In this document: positions 9,559 through 19,437 of the stretch, in pieces
How positions within the stretch are numbered: the first letter of the stretch is position 1
Layout: each line of letters begins with the position of its first letter
Made by a program: the position numbers and the translations under genes
The notes under the pieces: generated by a model
Told to the model about the DNA's origin: nothing
The model's database searches: none
Seen by the model: only the letters and a program-made list of their open reading frames with translations
NCBI GenBank assembly: GCA_964645605.1
Contig: CAZYCE010000006.1
Span: 2,981 to 66,980 of the forward strand
Source of the DNA: an uncultured Gammaproteobacteria bacterium
GTDB lineage: Bacteria > Patescibacteriota > Microgenomatia > UBA8517
Reading direction: 5' to 3'
DNA length: 64,000 bases

Positions 9559-10449
9559 ATGAAAAAAGTTAGAAAGGCAGTTATCCCCGCCGCGGGTTTT
9601 GGTACCCGTTTTCTTCCCCAAACCAAGGCCATGCCTAAAGAAATGCTTCCCATTGTCGACAAGCCCGTTATCCAATATGTTGTTGAAGAACTGGTCGAGG
9701 CCGGAATTAAAGACATTATTATCGTCACCGGTTATCACAAACGTACGATTGAAGATCATTTCGATTTTCCCAATATGGATCTTATTGAAAATTTGAAAAT
9801 GGGCGGGGAAAAGAAAAAGCCTCTTCTGGAGGAGGTCGAAAAAATTGCCAATATGGCCAATTTTGTTTATGTCAGGCAAAAGGGTCCGTATGGGAACGGG
9901 ACGCCTCTGATGAATGTCAGACACCTGGTCGGTGATGAACCGTTTATCTACGCCTGGAGTGATGATTTTATTCAGGCTACCCCCTCGAGGTTTAAGCAGC
10001 TTATTGATGTTTACGAAAAATACGGAGGAAGCGTTTTGGGGGGAATGAAAGCTACGAAAGACGAGGATTATGACCGGTACGGTTTTGCGGGAGGAACTGA
10101 GGTTGAAGACGGCCTTATCAAAGCGGATGTTATTATCGAAAAACCCGGTAAGGAAAATGCCCCTTCTGACCTGGCAACGGTATCGGGATTTCTTTTTACG
10201 CCAGATATTTTCGGATACCTTCAGGAAGCCTGCAACAATCTAAAAGACGGGGATGAACTTTACTATAACGATGCCTTAAAGCTGATGCTTAAAGACGGAA
10301 AAGATGTTTATGCAGCTGAAATAAAAAACGGTAAATATTACGATACAGGCAACAAACTTGAATATCTTAAAACCGTTGTTGAATTTGCTCTCAAGCACCC
10401 GGATTTAAACGGAAAATTCAGAGAATATCTTAAATCCCTTGATCTTTAA
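9559..10449 (+). CDS. galU: UTP--glucose-1-phosphate uridylyltransferase
   Basis: AVIPAAGFGTRFLPQTKAMPKEMLPIVDKP, IEDHFD, VRQ, EKP, YDTG. Confidence 0.88.
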   Translation: MKKVRKAVIPAAGFGTRFLPQTKAMPKEMLPIVDKPVIQYVVEELVEAGIKDIIIVTGYHKRTIEDHFDFPNMDLIENLKMGGEKKKPLLEEVEKIANMANFVYVRQKGPYGNGTPLMNVRHLVGDEPFIYAWSDDFIQATPSRFKQLIDVYEKYGGSVLGGMKATKDEDYDRYGFAGGTEVEDGLIKADVIIEKPGKENAPSDLATVSGFLFTPDIFGYLQEACNNLKDGDELYYNDALKLMLKDGKDVYAAEIKNGKYYDTGNKLEYLKTVVEFALKHPDLNGKFREYLKSLDL

Positions 10450-10451
10450 TC

Positions 10452-12374
10452 ATGAAGCTACTTGTTACAGGTGCTGCGGGTTTCATTGGCTCTAACTTTG
10501 TTTACTACTGGCTGGGAAAATATCCCAACGACGAGATAAGAGTAATCGACTCCCTAACTTACGCGGGAAATTTGGAAAATCTTACCCCAATAATTAAAAA
10601 AATTAAGTTTTTTGAGGCGGATATTAATGACCGTCCAAAAGTAAGGGAAGCCATGCGGGGGGTTGACGCAGTTGTTCATTATGCAGCAGAGAGCCATGTG
10701 GATAGAAGTATTTTTGACCCCAGCCGTTATTGGGAGACAAACGTTCATGGCACCCTGACGCTTCTTGAGGAGGCTCAGAAGCTGGGGATTGAAAGATTCC
10801 ACCATATTTCTACGGATGAAGTCTATGGAGAGCTCCCTTTGGACTCAAAGGATAAGTTCAGTGAAAAAACTCCCTATGCACCCCGCCCGGACAATCTTTA
10901 CGCTCTTTCCAAAGCCGAAGCCGATAATGTTGTTAAAGATTTTTATAAAAAGACCGGAATGTTTATAACGATATCCAACTGTTCAAATAATTATGGCCCT
11001 TTTCAATTTCCGGAAAAATTTATTCCGATTGTAATTACAAATCTGATCGACGGAATAAAAGTGCCTATTCATGGTGACGGAAAAAATGTGAGGGATTGGA
11101 TCCACACACGTGACCATGCCTCGGCAGTTGATTTAATTTTACAAAAAGGAAAAAAAGGAGAAACTTATTTAGTAGGTTCAAGTAACGACAGAGACAATGA
11201 TTATATAGCCAAAAAGATAGTTAGCCTTTACGGAAAAGATGAAAGCGTTATAAGGTATGTGCCGGATCGTCACAGTAACGATAGACGCTACGCCATTGAT
11301 GCCACAAAAATTATTAAAGAGCTTGGTTGGAAACCGCAAATCGGCAGGGATAATTTTGACGAGGGTTTAAAAGAGACAATAAAGTGGTACAAGGAGAATC
11401 AAGGTTGGTGGAGGCCGCTTCTCAAAAGACGAGCTTCAATTACCGATGATGAAAAGACAATAAGTGCATTTATTTCACTTGATCGCGAGACCGGAAAAAC
11501 AAAGTTTGTTTTTGGAAAACTTGAGGAGCAAACGAGGACGACGCTGCCTAAAAGCAATCTAAGCAAACATTTCATCGAGCAAAATTCAGTCCGCTATGAA
11601 ATTGTCATGAGAAATCTCAAATCCAAGAAATGGTACCGGAAAAGCCCGCATAAAATTAAAAGGGAAATAGAAACTCTTGCCGTAAATCCCGGCACATTCG
11701 GCTATGTGGAGGATCTGTCTCTGAGGGACGACAAGGTGAATGGTGACACGCTTCTGAAACTCGCAAAAATTGAACACGGTGAACCCAGGTATGGTATTTA
11801 CGGTATAGCGTCCTGGTTTGAGGTTGAAAATGAAAAAGGTGAAAAAAGAATGGAAGGTTACTATTCTTGGGGATGGGGACCTAAATCAGGTGCTAAACTT
11901 TTGGTTTTGCTAAAAAGACACGGAGAAATTACCCACATTGCTTTTCAAAAAGAAGTAAGGTTTCCGATGGGGTCAGAAGCTTACAACCTTGCCGGAGGAT
12001 TTCCTAAACTGAATGAAAGCGTGCTCAACTTTATAGTAAGGTCTCTGAAAAAAGATCTGAATTTAGACAGTAAAGACGGAGATTTTACACTGAGTGAAAT
12101 AGTAAGTTTGGGTAGGGTTGTTCCCGATTCAGGCATGACGAATAATCACCCGAATCTATATGCCGTTATTTTGGAAACGGATGATAAAAAGTTTTTAAAA
12201 GCCACTCCCGGCAAGAAATTTGAGAACCATGATATTGTCCTTTGGCCGATTAGCGAAATTTCTGAGGTGGTCAATAAGTGTGACGACTCATATTTTCTTT
12301 CGGCAATGGCCAGACTGACCCTTTCGGGAATTTATACAATGAATCTTTCGGAGAACAACAAGAAGAATGACTGA
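10452..12374 (+). CDS. rfbB: dTDP-glucose 4,6-dehydratase fused to a ~310-aa C-terminal region with a degenerate Nudix fold
   Basis: TGAAGFIGSNF, AAESHVDRSI, STDEVYG, YALSK, NNYGPFQFPEKFIP in aa 1-325; extension with G-x5-E-x7-R. Confidence 0.88.
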   Translation: MKLLVTGAAGFIGSNFVYYWLGKYPNDEIRVIDSLTYAGNLENLTPIIKKIKFFEADINDRPKVREAMRGVDAVVHYAAESHVDRSIFDPSRYWETNVHGTLTLLEEAQKLGIERFHHISTDEVYGELPLDSKDKFSEKTPYAPRPDNLYALSKAEADNVVKDFYKKTGMFITISNCSNNYGPFQFPEKFIPIVITNLIDGIKVPIHGDGKNVRDWIHTRDHASAVDLILQKGKKGETYLVGSSNDRDNDYIAKKIVSLYGKDESVIRYVPDRHSNDRRYAIDATKIIKELGWKPQIGRDNFDEGLKETIKWYKENQGWWRPLLKRRASITDDEKTISAFISLDRETGKTKFVFGKLEEQTRTTLPKSNLSKHFIEQNSVRYEIVMRNLKSKKWYRKSPHKIKREIETLAVNPGTFGYVEDLSLRDDKVNGDTLLKLAKIEHGEPRYGIYGIASWFEVENEKGEKRMEGYYSWGWGPKSGAKLLVLLKRHGEITHIAFQKEVRFPMGSEAYNLAGGFPKLNESVLNFIVRSLKKDLNLDSKDGDFTLSEIVSLGRVVPDSGMTNNHPNLYAVILETDDKKFLKATPGKKFENHDIVLWPISEISEVVNKCDDSYFLSAMARLTLSGIYTMNLSENNKKND

Positions 12375-12936
12375 TCAATCAAACATAATTAAAACTTCAA
12401 TTTCGGGGGTTGTTTTAATCCAAAGACCCGTTCATGGAGATGCACGGGGTTTCGTCCACGAGCCGTACAATAAACAGGAATTACAGGAGGCAACCGGAGT
12501 GGAATTTAATCCTGTCCAGTGGACCCACGCCTATATAAAACCCGGGGTAATCAAGGCTATACACACTGAAAATTGGAACAAACTTATTTATCCGGTCACG
12601 GGGGTTTTATATGCGCCGATTGCAGACTTAAGACCCGAATCGCCGACTTTTGGTAAGGTTGAATATATCACAATTGATAATACCAAGCCCGATTCTCCCC
12701 GACAGGCAATATTCTTACCCAAGGGAGGCATCGGAAATTCGGTATGTGTTCTGGGAACCGAGATGATGCACTATTTTTACCTTATCGATGAATATTGGGA
12801 TGACTCAAAGGCTAAGGGCGTTGCCTGGAATGATCCGGATTTGGGTATAAAATGGCCGATTGAAAATCCTGTTCTTTCTGAGCGCGATCAACATAACCCT
12901 ACATTGAGAGAAGTTTTCCCCGAAAAATTTAAATGA
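12367..12936 (+). CDS. rfbC: dTDP-4-dehydrorhamnose 3,5-epimerase (divergent RmlC)
   Basis: GDARGF, KAIH, DLRPESPTFG, WNDPDLGIKWP, LSERD. Confidence 0.88.
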   Translation: MTDQSNIIKTSISGVVLIQRPVHGDARGFVHEPYNKQELQEATGVEFNPVQWTHAYIKPGVIKAIHTENWNKLIYPVTGVLYAPIADLRPESPTFGKVEYITIDNTKPDSPRQAIFLPKGGIGNSVCVLGTEMMHYFYLIDEYWDDSKAKGVAWNDPDLGIKWPIENPVLSERDQHNPTLREVFPEKFK

Positions 12937-12952
12937 CATTCAATTCCAAATT

Positions 12953-13849
12953 ATGAAAAAAGTACTCGTTATCGGCGGAAGCGGCATGGTTGCCTCAAGA
13001 GTCATTGATCTGTGGAAAGAAAAATTTGAGGTAATCTCGCCGGATGAAAAAACTCTTGATATAACAAGCAAGGAGGCGGTCAGGAATTATTTTGAGTCTA
13101 ATTTTTATGATGCGGCGATAAATTTTGCGGCATTCACAAATGTTGATGCCGCCGAGGCCCAAAAGAGGGATGAAAAGGGACTTGTTTGGAAACTTAACGT
13201 CCTGGGTCCAAGATATTTGGCAGAGGAGTGTAAAAAGAAAAATATTTTCTTGATTCATATATCAACGGATTTTGTTTTCCCCGGAAATGAAACAAACCCC
13301 GGGCCATATTCCGAGGATTCGTTATTACCTGAAAAAGCCGACGGAATAGGCTGGTATGGATGGAGTAAAAACATGGCAGAAAAAGAGGTATCCTCGTCAG
13401 GCTGTAAAAACGCAATTGTTAGGTACGGATATCCGTTTAGGGCGGATAAATTTGATCTTAAGCTTGATTGGGCTAGAAATTTGCTCAAATTATATAACGA
13501 ACAAAAATTATATCCGCTCTTTACCGACCAAGTTCAAAGTGTGGTTTTTATTGACGATTTAGCTCTTCCTCTAGCCAGGATTATTACGGGTGAAATAGAA
13601 GGTGTTTTCCATATTGCGTCCAAAGACACGACCTCTCCATATGAAATAGGAGCTTATCTCCTGGAAAAATATGCCGGCAAAACCGTTGAAATTCAAAAGG
13701 GGTCAATGGCAGAGTTTTTGGCGGTACCCGGAAGGACCCCAAGGCCACGTTTGGGGGGACTGAGTGTTGAAAAAACCGAAAAACGGTTGGGGATGAATTT
13801 CAAAACCTGGAAAGAAATGGTAGATGAGTTTATTTCTCAGCTTAAGTAA
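12953..13849 (+). CDS. rfbD: dTDP-4-dehydrorhamnose reductase (RmlD family)
   Basis: GGSGMV, AAFTNVDAAE, HISTDFVF, YGWSK. Confidence 0.88.
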   Translation: MKKVLVIGGSGMVASRVIDLWKEKFEVISPDEKTLDITSKEAVRNYFESNFYDAAINFAAFTNVDAAEAQKRDEKGLVWKLNVLGPRYLAEECKKKNIFLIHISTDFVFPGNETNPGPYSEDSLLPEKADGIGWYGWSKNMAEKEVSSSGCKNAIVRYGYPFRADKFDLKLDWARNLLKLYNEQKLYPLFTDQVQSVVFIDDLALPLARIITGEIEGVFHIASKDTTSPYEIGAYLLEKYAGKTVEIQKGSMAEFLAVPGRTPRPRLGGLSVEKTEKRLGMNFKTWKEMVDEFISQLK

Positions 13850-13850
13850 G

Positions 13851-14480
13851 TCATTTTCCTCTCCACTTGTCGATTTCGCCGTGATTTCCGGAAAGCAATA
13901 TTTTTGGTACTTCCCAGTCTTTGTATTTTTCCGGTCTGGTGTACTGAGGATATTCCAGGTATCCCGGCTCCATGTGCGATTCTTCAAGAGACGATTTGTC
14001 TTTGCCCAAAACTCCGGGTATCAGACGGATTACGGAATCAACGATTACCATTGAAGGAATTTCTCCGCCAGTAAGAATATAGTCGCCGATGGAAATTACT
14101 TCATCCGCAAGGTGTTCATGGACCCTATGATCTACACCTTCGTAATGGCCGGCAATTAAAATAATATGCTTTTCCCCGGACAGTTCTTTAGCTTTTCCCT
14201 GCTCAAACTTTGTCCCGGTTGCATCGAGAAGTATTACCTTCGAATTCTTGGTGCGTAAATCTTTGAGGGCTTTGTCGATGATATCAACTCTTAAAATCAT
14301 GCCGACTCCTCCTCCGTAGGGTCTGTCGTCGACATCTTGTCTTTTGCCTTCACCCCAGTCTCTCAGATTGTGAACCTTAACTTCCAGAAATCCTTTCGAC
14401 TGAGCGCGTTTGATAATGGAAGCGTCAAATGGTCCCTTAAACATTTCCGGGAAAAGCGTCAGAACATCAATTTTCAGCAT
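13851..14480 (-). CDS. trmD: tRNA (guanine37-N1)-methyltransferase
   Basis: [55 protein letters not shown]. Confidence 0.97.
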   Translation of the reverse strand: MLKIDVLTLFPEMFKGPFDASIIKRAQSKGFLEVKVHNLRDWGEGKRQDVDDRPYGGGVGMILRVDIIDKALKDLRTKNSKVILLDATGTKFEQGKAKELSGEKHIILIAGHYEGVDHRVHEHLADEVISIGDYILTGGEIPSMVIVDSVIRLIPGVLGKDKSSLEESHMEPGYLEYPQYTRPEKYKDWEVPKILLSGNHGEIDKWRGK

Positions 14481-14522
14481 GACCCTTGTATTTTAGCAAC
14501 GGATTGAGATAAAGTGAACTAT

Positions 14523-15665
14523 ATGGATAAAGTTGTAATAATCATGCCCACTTGGAACGAGCTGGAAAATATTAAGGAAATGGTCCAGGTTCTTACGGAA
14601 GAGGAATTTCCCAAAATTAACGCCGATATGGAGCTTCTGGTGGTCGACAATCATTCTACAGACGGTACCGCCGAGGTGGTCGAGGCAGCCGCGAGTACTC
14701 ACAAAAATGTTCACATAGTCCAACAACTAAACAACGGACTTGGCTGGGCATATGTTACCGGTATGCGCTACGCAATGGAAAAACTTAATGCAGATGCCGT
14801 GATGGAAATGGATGCGGATTTTCAACACCCTCCGCGTTTTGTCAAACCCATGGTTGAAGCTTATCTGAATGGAGCGGATTATGTTATCGGTAGCCGTTAT
14901 ATTAAAGGCGGTTCGGTTCCGAAGGATTGGGCAATCAGCAGGAAAGCAGTAAGCTTTTTCGGAAATATGTTTATCCGTATTTGCCTTTTGAATTTTAAAA
15001 TTCACGATCTGACCACAGGTTTCAGACTTACTAAAGTTCATGGAGTGCTGGATAAAATTGAACTCGAAAAACTTCACAACCTTGACAGATTTTCCCATAA
15101 AGTTGACCTTCTTTATCAGTCGCTTAAAAATTCCACAAAAACCGTGGAAGTGCCGTTGGAATTTGCCTCCAGGACTAAAGAGAAATCTAAATTTAATTGG
15201 AAGGAAATGATTGCCACTTTTAAATTGGCGATTGTCTTGGGAATAAAGGATAAAGAACGTTTTATTAAGTTTGGCACGGTTGGGTTTATTGGTTATCTGG
15301 TTAATGCGATTTTCCTTAAAATTCTGACTGTAGCAGGTAGCCCCGGCATTATTGCTTGGTCACTCCCGGTGGAATTGTCGATAATCAGCAATTTTATTTT
15401 GAACAATATTTGGACTTTTAAGAAGGAAAAAATTAAAGGAGTAAAGGCGATCGGTTTAAAGTTTTTGCAGTTTAACGGTACTTCATTAGGAGCTCTTTTG
15501 ATTCAGACTGTTGCCGGAAGCGCTGGCGATATTTTATTCGGGGTTGGTGCCAGGCAAATTCTCTTACCGTTCATAATAGTATTTTTGGTTTTGCCTTATA
15601 ATTATTTTATGTATAATGCTGTTATTTGGAAAACGTGGAAGTTGCCTTGGGCAAAGAAGTCTTAG
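14523..15665 (+). CDS. Polyprenol-phosphate glycosyltransferase (DPM1/Ppm1-like GT2) fused to a GtrA-like flippase domain
   Basis: MPTWNE, MDADFQHPP, GSRYIKGG, DLTTGFR; C-terminal FIKFGTVG...SNFILNNIWTF GtrA signature. Confidence 0.88.
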   Translation: MDKVVIIMPTWNELENIKEMVQVLTEEEFPKINADMELLVVDNHSTDGTAEVVEAAASTHKNVHIVQQLNNGLGWAYVTGMRYAMEKLNADAVMEMDADFQHPPRFVKPMVEAYLNGADYVIGSRYIKGGSVPKDWAISRKAVSFFGNMFIRICLLNFKIHDLTTGFRLTKVHGVLDKIELEKLHNLDRFSHKVDLLYQSLKNSTKTVEVPLEFASRTKEKSKFNWKEMIATFKLAIVLGIKDKERFIKFGTVGFIGYLVNAIFLKILTVAGSPGIIAWSLPVELSIISNFILNNIWTFKKEKIKGVKAIGLKFLQFNGTSLGALLIQTVAGSAGDILFGVGARQILLPFIIVFLVLPYNYFMYNAVIWKTWKLPWAKKS

Positions 15666-15670
15666 CTTTT

Positions 15671-15931
15671 TCAGGTCGAAGCTTGGTAGACAACCGTTTC
15701 CTGACGAATATCTTTATATTCCTTCATTTTCTCTTCAATTAAATCGGTTTCAATAAGGTCATGGACCAGGGGACGCACTTCACCCCTTTGGGCATATTGT
15801 GTTTGAGATTTTCCGTCGCAATGCGGGCAAATATCTCTTGGGGGAAAACTTGGTTCATTACAGTTTGAACAAATGCTTCCGGTCAGCCTGTATCTTTGTT
15901 GATTTGCGCGCCAATATCTGGGGGCTTCCAT
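15671..15931 (-). CDS. Stand-alone rubredoxin-like zinc ribbon (DUF35 N-terminal type) protein
   Basis: PRYWR...RYRLTGSICSNC..SFPPRDICPHC; alternative start at 15970. Confidence 0.7.
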   Translation of the reverse strand: MEAPRYWRANQQRYRLTGSICSNCNEPSFPPRDICPHCDGKSQTQYAQRGEVRPLVHDLIETDLIEEKMKEYKDIRQETVVYQAST

Positions 15932-15989
15932 TTGATAAATAGTTAGTCGGGAATCCTGGAAAAAACCCATGAATTAAGCTCTAAACGTT

Positions 15990-17126
15990 TTAGAGAAATG
16001 GAGCCCAATTGCTGATCGGCATAACGTTTTGGGAGATGAAGGCTAGGGAATATAGATAAATCGGAATTGCAATAATTCCAAGAGCTATTTTAACCTCTCT
16101 TTTGGCCAGTACGTCCGAGAACGCAACAAAAAGAAACGGAACTGCCGGTAGGAAATATCTTAGAATATCCCGGTGGGCCACAAATAAAATTACCAGAAAA
16201 AACAAACCGGCGAACGAAGCATATTCAAATTCCTTTTTCTGAAAGAGTTTATAAACTCCGATCGCACCCATTACATAAATAAATATAATTTCCTCAAGCC
16301 AGTATGTTCCCACCCAGGGCGTTGCATAGTTGAATATCTGAAACGGGGGAAATCCCAGGTGAATATTGTCCCCGGAGTGAAAATAGGCCAAGAAATTCCC
16401 TTGGGTGACTTGATAAAAAACAAAAACCAGGAGTAGTCCTACCGGAATCAACAAAAGCGGGTAGATCTTTTTGAAATTAAAGCTTAATTTTTTATTTCTG
16501 ATCGACTCAAGTAGATAGTAGATTCCGTATGCTCCGAAAAGGAGAATGCCCGGGGATTTAGTAAAAGTTGCAATCATTCCCCAGACACCACTTAGCCAGA
16601 ACTTTTTATTTTTGAAATAATAAACCGAGGCGATAATGCCGGCAACGAAAAGAGGGTCGGCGGACCCTACCGACCTTACGATCAACCATCTCGCAGGGAA
16701 AATTGAAAAAAGAAAGGTCAAAAACATTGCATTTTTTTCATCAACAAACTGAGAAATAAGCTTTTCGAAGAAAAAAATTGCCAAAAATGACGAGATGGCG
16801 GTCACTGCTAGCATTGCGTACGGGTAATTAATAATGACTCCAAACAGCCTTATTAATAACGGGAACAAAGGGAAGTGGGCTGCGTAGTATTCAGTAGGTA
16901 AAGGAAATTGAAAATTGGCTCCAATTAAGGCCTTGTTATATAAGGTTTTGGCAACAACCATATAAAGAGGTCCGTCATAATTTGATACGATGGTTGTCAT
17001 TCCGTCTTGCGGGAGGGGAATTCCCCAAAAAGAATCCAGTCTTAGGAAAAAAGGTAGCCAAACCAAAAGCGTCGGGACAAGAGCAAAAGCTGCAATAAGA
17101 AAAATTTTGCCAAATTTTTTACTCAT
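15990..17126 (-). CDS. GT-C membrane glycosyltransferase, PIG-V/GT76-like
   Basis: NYDGPLY followed by AHFPLFPLLIR; ~10 TM. Confidence 0.7.
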   Translation of the reverse strand: MSKKFGKIFLIAAFALVPTLLVWLPFFLRLDSFWGIPLPQDGMTTIVSNYDGPLYMVVAKTLYNKALIGANFQFPLPTEYYAAHFPLFPLLIRLFGVIINYPYAMLAVTAISSFLAIFFFEKLISQFVDEKNAMFLTFLFSIFPARWLIVRSVGSADPLFVAGIIASVYYFKNKKFWLSGVWGMIATFTKSPGILLFGAYGIYYLLESIRNKKLSFNFKKIYPLLLIPVGLLLVFVFYQVTQGNFLAYFHSGDNIHLGFPPFQIFNYATPWVGTYWLEEIIFIYVMGAIGVYKLFQKKEFEYASFAGLFFLVILFVAHRDILRYFLPAVPFLFVAFSDVLAKREVKIALGIIAIPIYLYSLAFISQNVMPISNWAPFL

Positions 17127-17173
17127 CAGAATGATATTAGCATGAGATGAGCCCAATATGCTAGACTTCGTAT
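17127..17173. promoter_or_regulatory. Divergent pair of extended -10 promoters (TGC-TAATAT on -, TGC-TAGACT on +), 7 and 6 nt from the start codons
   Basis: ATATTAGCA at 17134-17142; TGCTAGACT at 17159-17167. Confidence 0.6.
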
Positions 17174-17884
17174 GTGGACACTCTTATCAAAGAATTATCC
17201 GTTTTTCTGCCTACATACAACGAGGAAGGTAACATAGCAGGAGTAATTGAAAATGTCGTCAAGGCTGCTTCTCAAAATGCCGAAAAATGGGAATTAATAG
17301 TGGTAGATGACGGTTCTATCGATTCAACGGCAGAAATTGTTTCAAAATTTGTAGAGTCAGACAGCCGCATTAAAATAATTAAGCACAAGAAAAATTCCGG
17401 TTATGGAGCGTCTCTCAAAACAGGGTTATACAATTCGAAATATAATTGGATTTCATTTATAGATTCCGACGGCCAGTTTGATTTCGGCGAAATAAATAAA
17501 TTTATTCAAAAGCAAAAGGAAACGGGAGCGGATATCGTCATTGGTTACTACAAAAAAAGAAAGGCGTCATCCTTAAAAATAATCACCAGTAAAATTTGGG
17601 AAGCCCTGGTGTTCATCCTTTTCGGTCTTAAAGTACGGGATATTGATTGTGGATTTAAACTTATTTCCAAAAGGGTGATTGAAAAAATTCCCAAACTGGA
17701 AAGTGAAAGAGGGGCGTTTATCAGCAGTGAACTATTGGTTAAGGCAAAAAAGAACGGATTCAAAATAGTGGAGATTCCCGTTACTCATTACCCGCGGTTA
17801 AAAGGAGAAGGGACGGGAAGAAAATTAAATGTGATTGTCGAAAGCTTCATAGATCTTTTCAGGCTGTGGAAAAAATTGCGATGA
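17174..17884 (+). CDS. Polyprenol-phosphate glycosyltransferase (DPM/DPG synthase-like GT2)
   Basis: LPTYNEE, VDDGS, DSDGQF, DIDCGFK. Confidence 0.85.
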   Translation: MDTLIKELSVFLPTYNEEGNIAGVIENVVKAASQNAEKWELIVVDDGSIDSTAEIVSKFVESDSRIKIIKHKKNSGYGASLKTGLYNSKYNWISFIDSDGQFDFGEINKFIQKQKETGADIVIGYYKKRKASSLKIITSKIWEALVFILFGLKVRDIDCGFKLISKRVIEKIPKLESERGAFISSELLVKAKKNGFKIVEIPVTHYPRLKGEGTGRKLNVIVESFIDLFRLWKKLR

Positions 17885-19437
17885 GGATTAGAAATTTTAT
17901 ATTTGGCATCAAAAATTGGATCAAAAAAAACCCTGTTGAATTTTGGATGCTTTTAGCGATCTTAATAATCGGGGCATTTTGCCGTCTTTACAAAATTGAC
18001 CAATACATGACTTTTTTAGGAGATGAGGGCCGTGACGTGATTATCGTCCGAAGAATTTTTACTGAGGCCCATCCGCCCTTAATAGGTCCGGGGACATCGG
18101 TTGGGAGTATGTATTTAGGTCCCCTTTATTACTACATGATGGCAATTCCGCTTTTATTAGCCGGTTTTTCGCCCGTGGGGCCGGCCGTGATGGTTGCTCT
18201 TTTGGGGGTTGCTACAATTGGTTTTGTCTGGTGGGTGGGTAGGATTTGGTTTTCCAAAACCGCCGGTCTGATTGCGGCGGGACTTTATGCGATTTCTCCG
18301 ACCGTTATAACTTTTTCCCGCTCTTCATGGAACCCGGACGTAATGCCTTTTTTTGCACTTTTGTTAACTTATTCTATATGGAAAGTTTGGAGGAAAGGCG
18401 AATTTAATTGGTTAATTGTTATGGGGATTTCTTTTGCCTTTGTGCTCCAATCACACTACTTGGGGCTTCTTTTGGCCCCAACGCTTTTTATATTTTGGTT
18501 TTTAACATGGAGAAATCTTAAATCGATTGGAAACTCAAAATCAAAAATTAGAAATTTCATTAAAAAATCACTCTTGGGTTTAGGATTTTTCCTACTGTTA
18601 ATGAGCCCTCTCCTAATTTTTGATTTAAGGCACGACTTTTTAAACTCAAAAGCTATTTATCAATTTATTGTTAACCGTGATGTGGCCCTTTCCGGAAGCC
18701 TTTTTGTGGCATTTTCCAAAATTCCCAAAGTATTTAATTTAATAAATTCAAGTTTACTTGCAGGAAAAAATACCCTGGCGGCGGTTGCCTCTTCAGTCTT
18801 TATCGTTTCCGGGGTGGTTTACGTTTTTGCCGAAAGTTTTGTCAAAAAGAAAAATTTTAAAATTAAGCCGGAGTATTGGCTTCTTTTTTCCTGGCTTTTC
18901 TTTGGTCTGATTGGCCTTAGTCTTTATAAAATGGAAATCTATGACCATTATTTTGGTTTCCTTTTCCCTGTGCCCTTTATTATTTTCGGATCGTTTATGG
19001 CTAAATTAATTGAAGACGGAAAAATTGCTAAGGTATTGGGTACGGCGGCGATACTTTATTTGGTAGTTATGGGCCTGATTCAGAATCCATTCAGATATGC
19101 TCCAAACCGCCAGCTGCAAAGGTCGCAAGATGTGGCTAAAAAAATATTAAGCCTATCCGCTGACAATTCTTTTAATTTGGCCGTTATTGCCGAAAGGAAC
19201 TACGAAGACGGTTATCGATATTTTCTTGAACTTTGGGGAGGAAAGGTTCTTCATGCCGATAGGTGGGATCCCGCAACCATTTCTGACCAACTTTTTGTTG
19301 TTTGCGAAAATGAACCTTCAAAATGTGATCCGACACACTCCCCGAAAGCGGAAGTTGCAAACTTCGGCATGAGTAAAATTGACGGGCAATGGGAGGTGGA
19401 TGGGGTTATAATATATAAACTTGCTCACGCACAATGA
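17881..19437 (+). CDS. ArnT/PMT-like GT-C glycosyltransferase
   Basis: TM1-R...FLGDEGRD, LIGP, YLGPLYYY, SRSSWNP; multiple TMs plus C-terminal soluble domain. Confidence 0.85.
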   Translation: MRIRNFIFGIKNWIKKNPVEFWMLLAILIIGAFCRLYKIDQYMTFLGDEGRDVIIVRRIFTEAHPPLIGPGTSVGSMYLGPLYYYMMAIPLLLAGFSPVGPAVMVALLGVATIGFVWWVGRIWFSKTAGLIAAGLYAISPTVITFSRSSWNPDVMPFFALLLTYSIWKVWRKGEFNWLIVMGISFAFVLQSHYLGLLLAPTLFIFWFLTWRNLKSIGNSKSKIRNFIKKSLLGLGFFLLLMSPLLIFDLRHDFLNSKAIYQFIVNRDVALSGSLFVAFSKIPKVFNLINSSLLAGKNTLAAVASSVFIVSGVVYVFAESFVKKKNFKIKPEYWLLFSWLFFGLIGLSLYKMEIYDHYFGFLFPVPFIIFGSFMAKLIEDGKIAKVLGTAAILYLVVMGLIQNPFRYAPNRQLQRSQDVAKKILSLSADNSFNLAVIAERNYEDGYRYFLELWGGKVLHADRWDPATISDQLFVVCENEPSKCDPTHSPKAEVANFGMSKIDGQWEVDGVIIYKLAHAQ

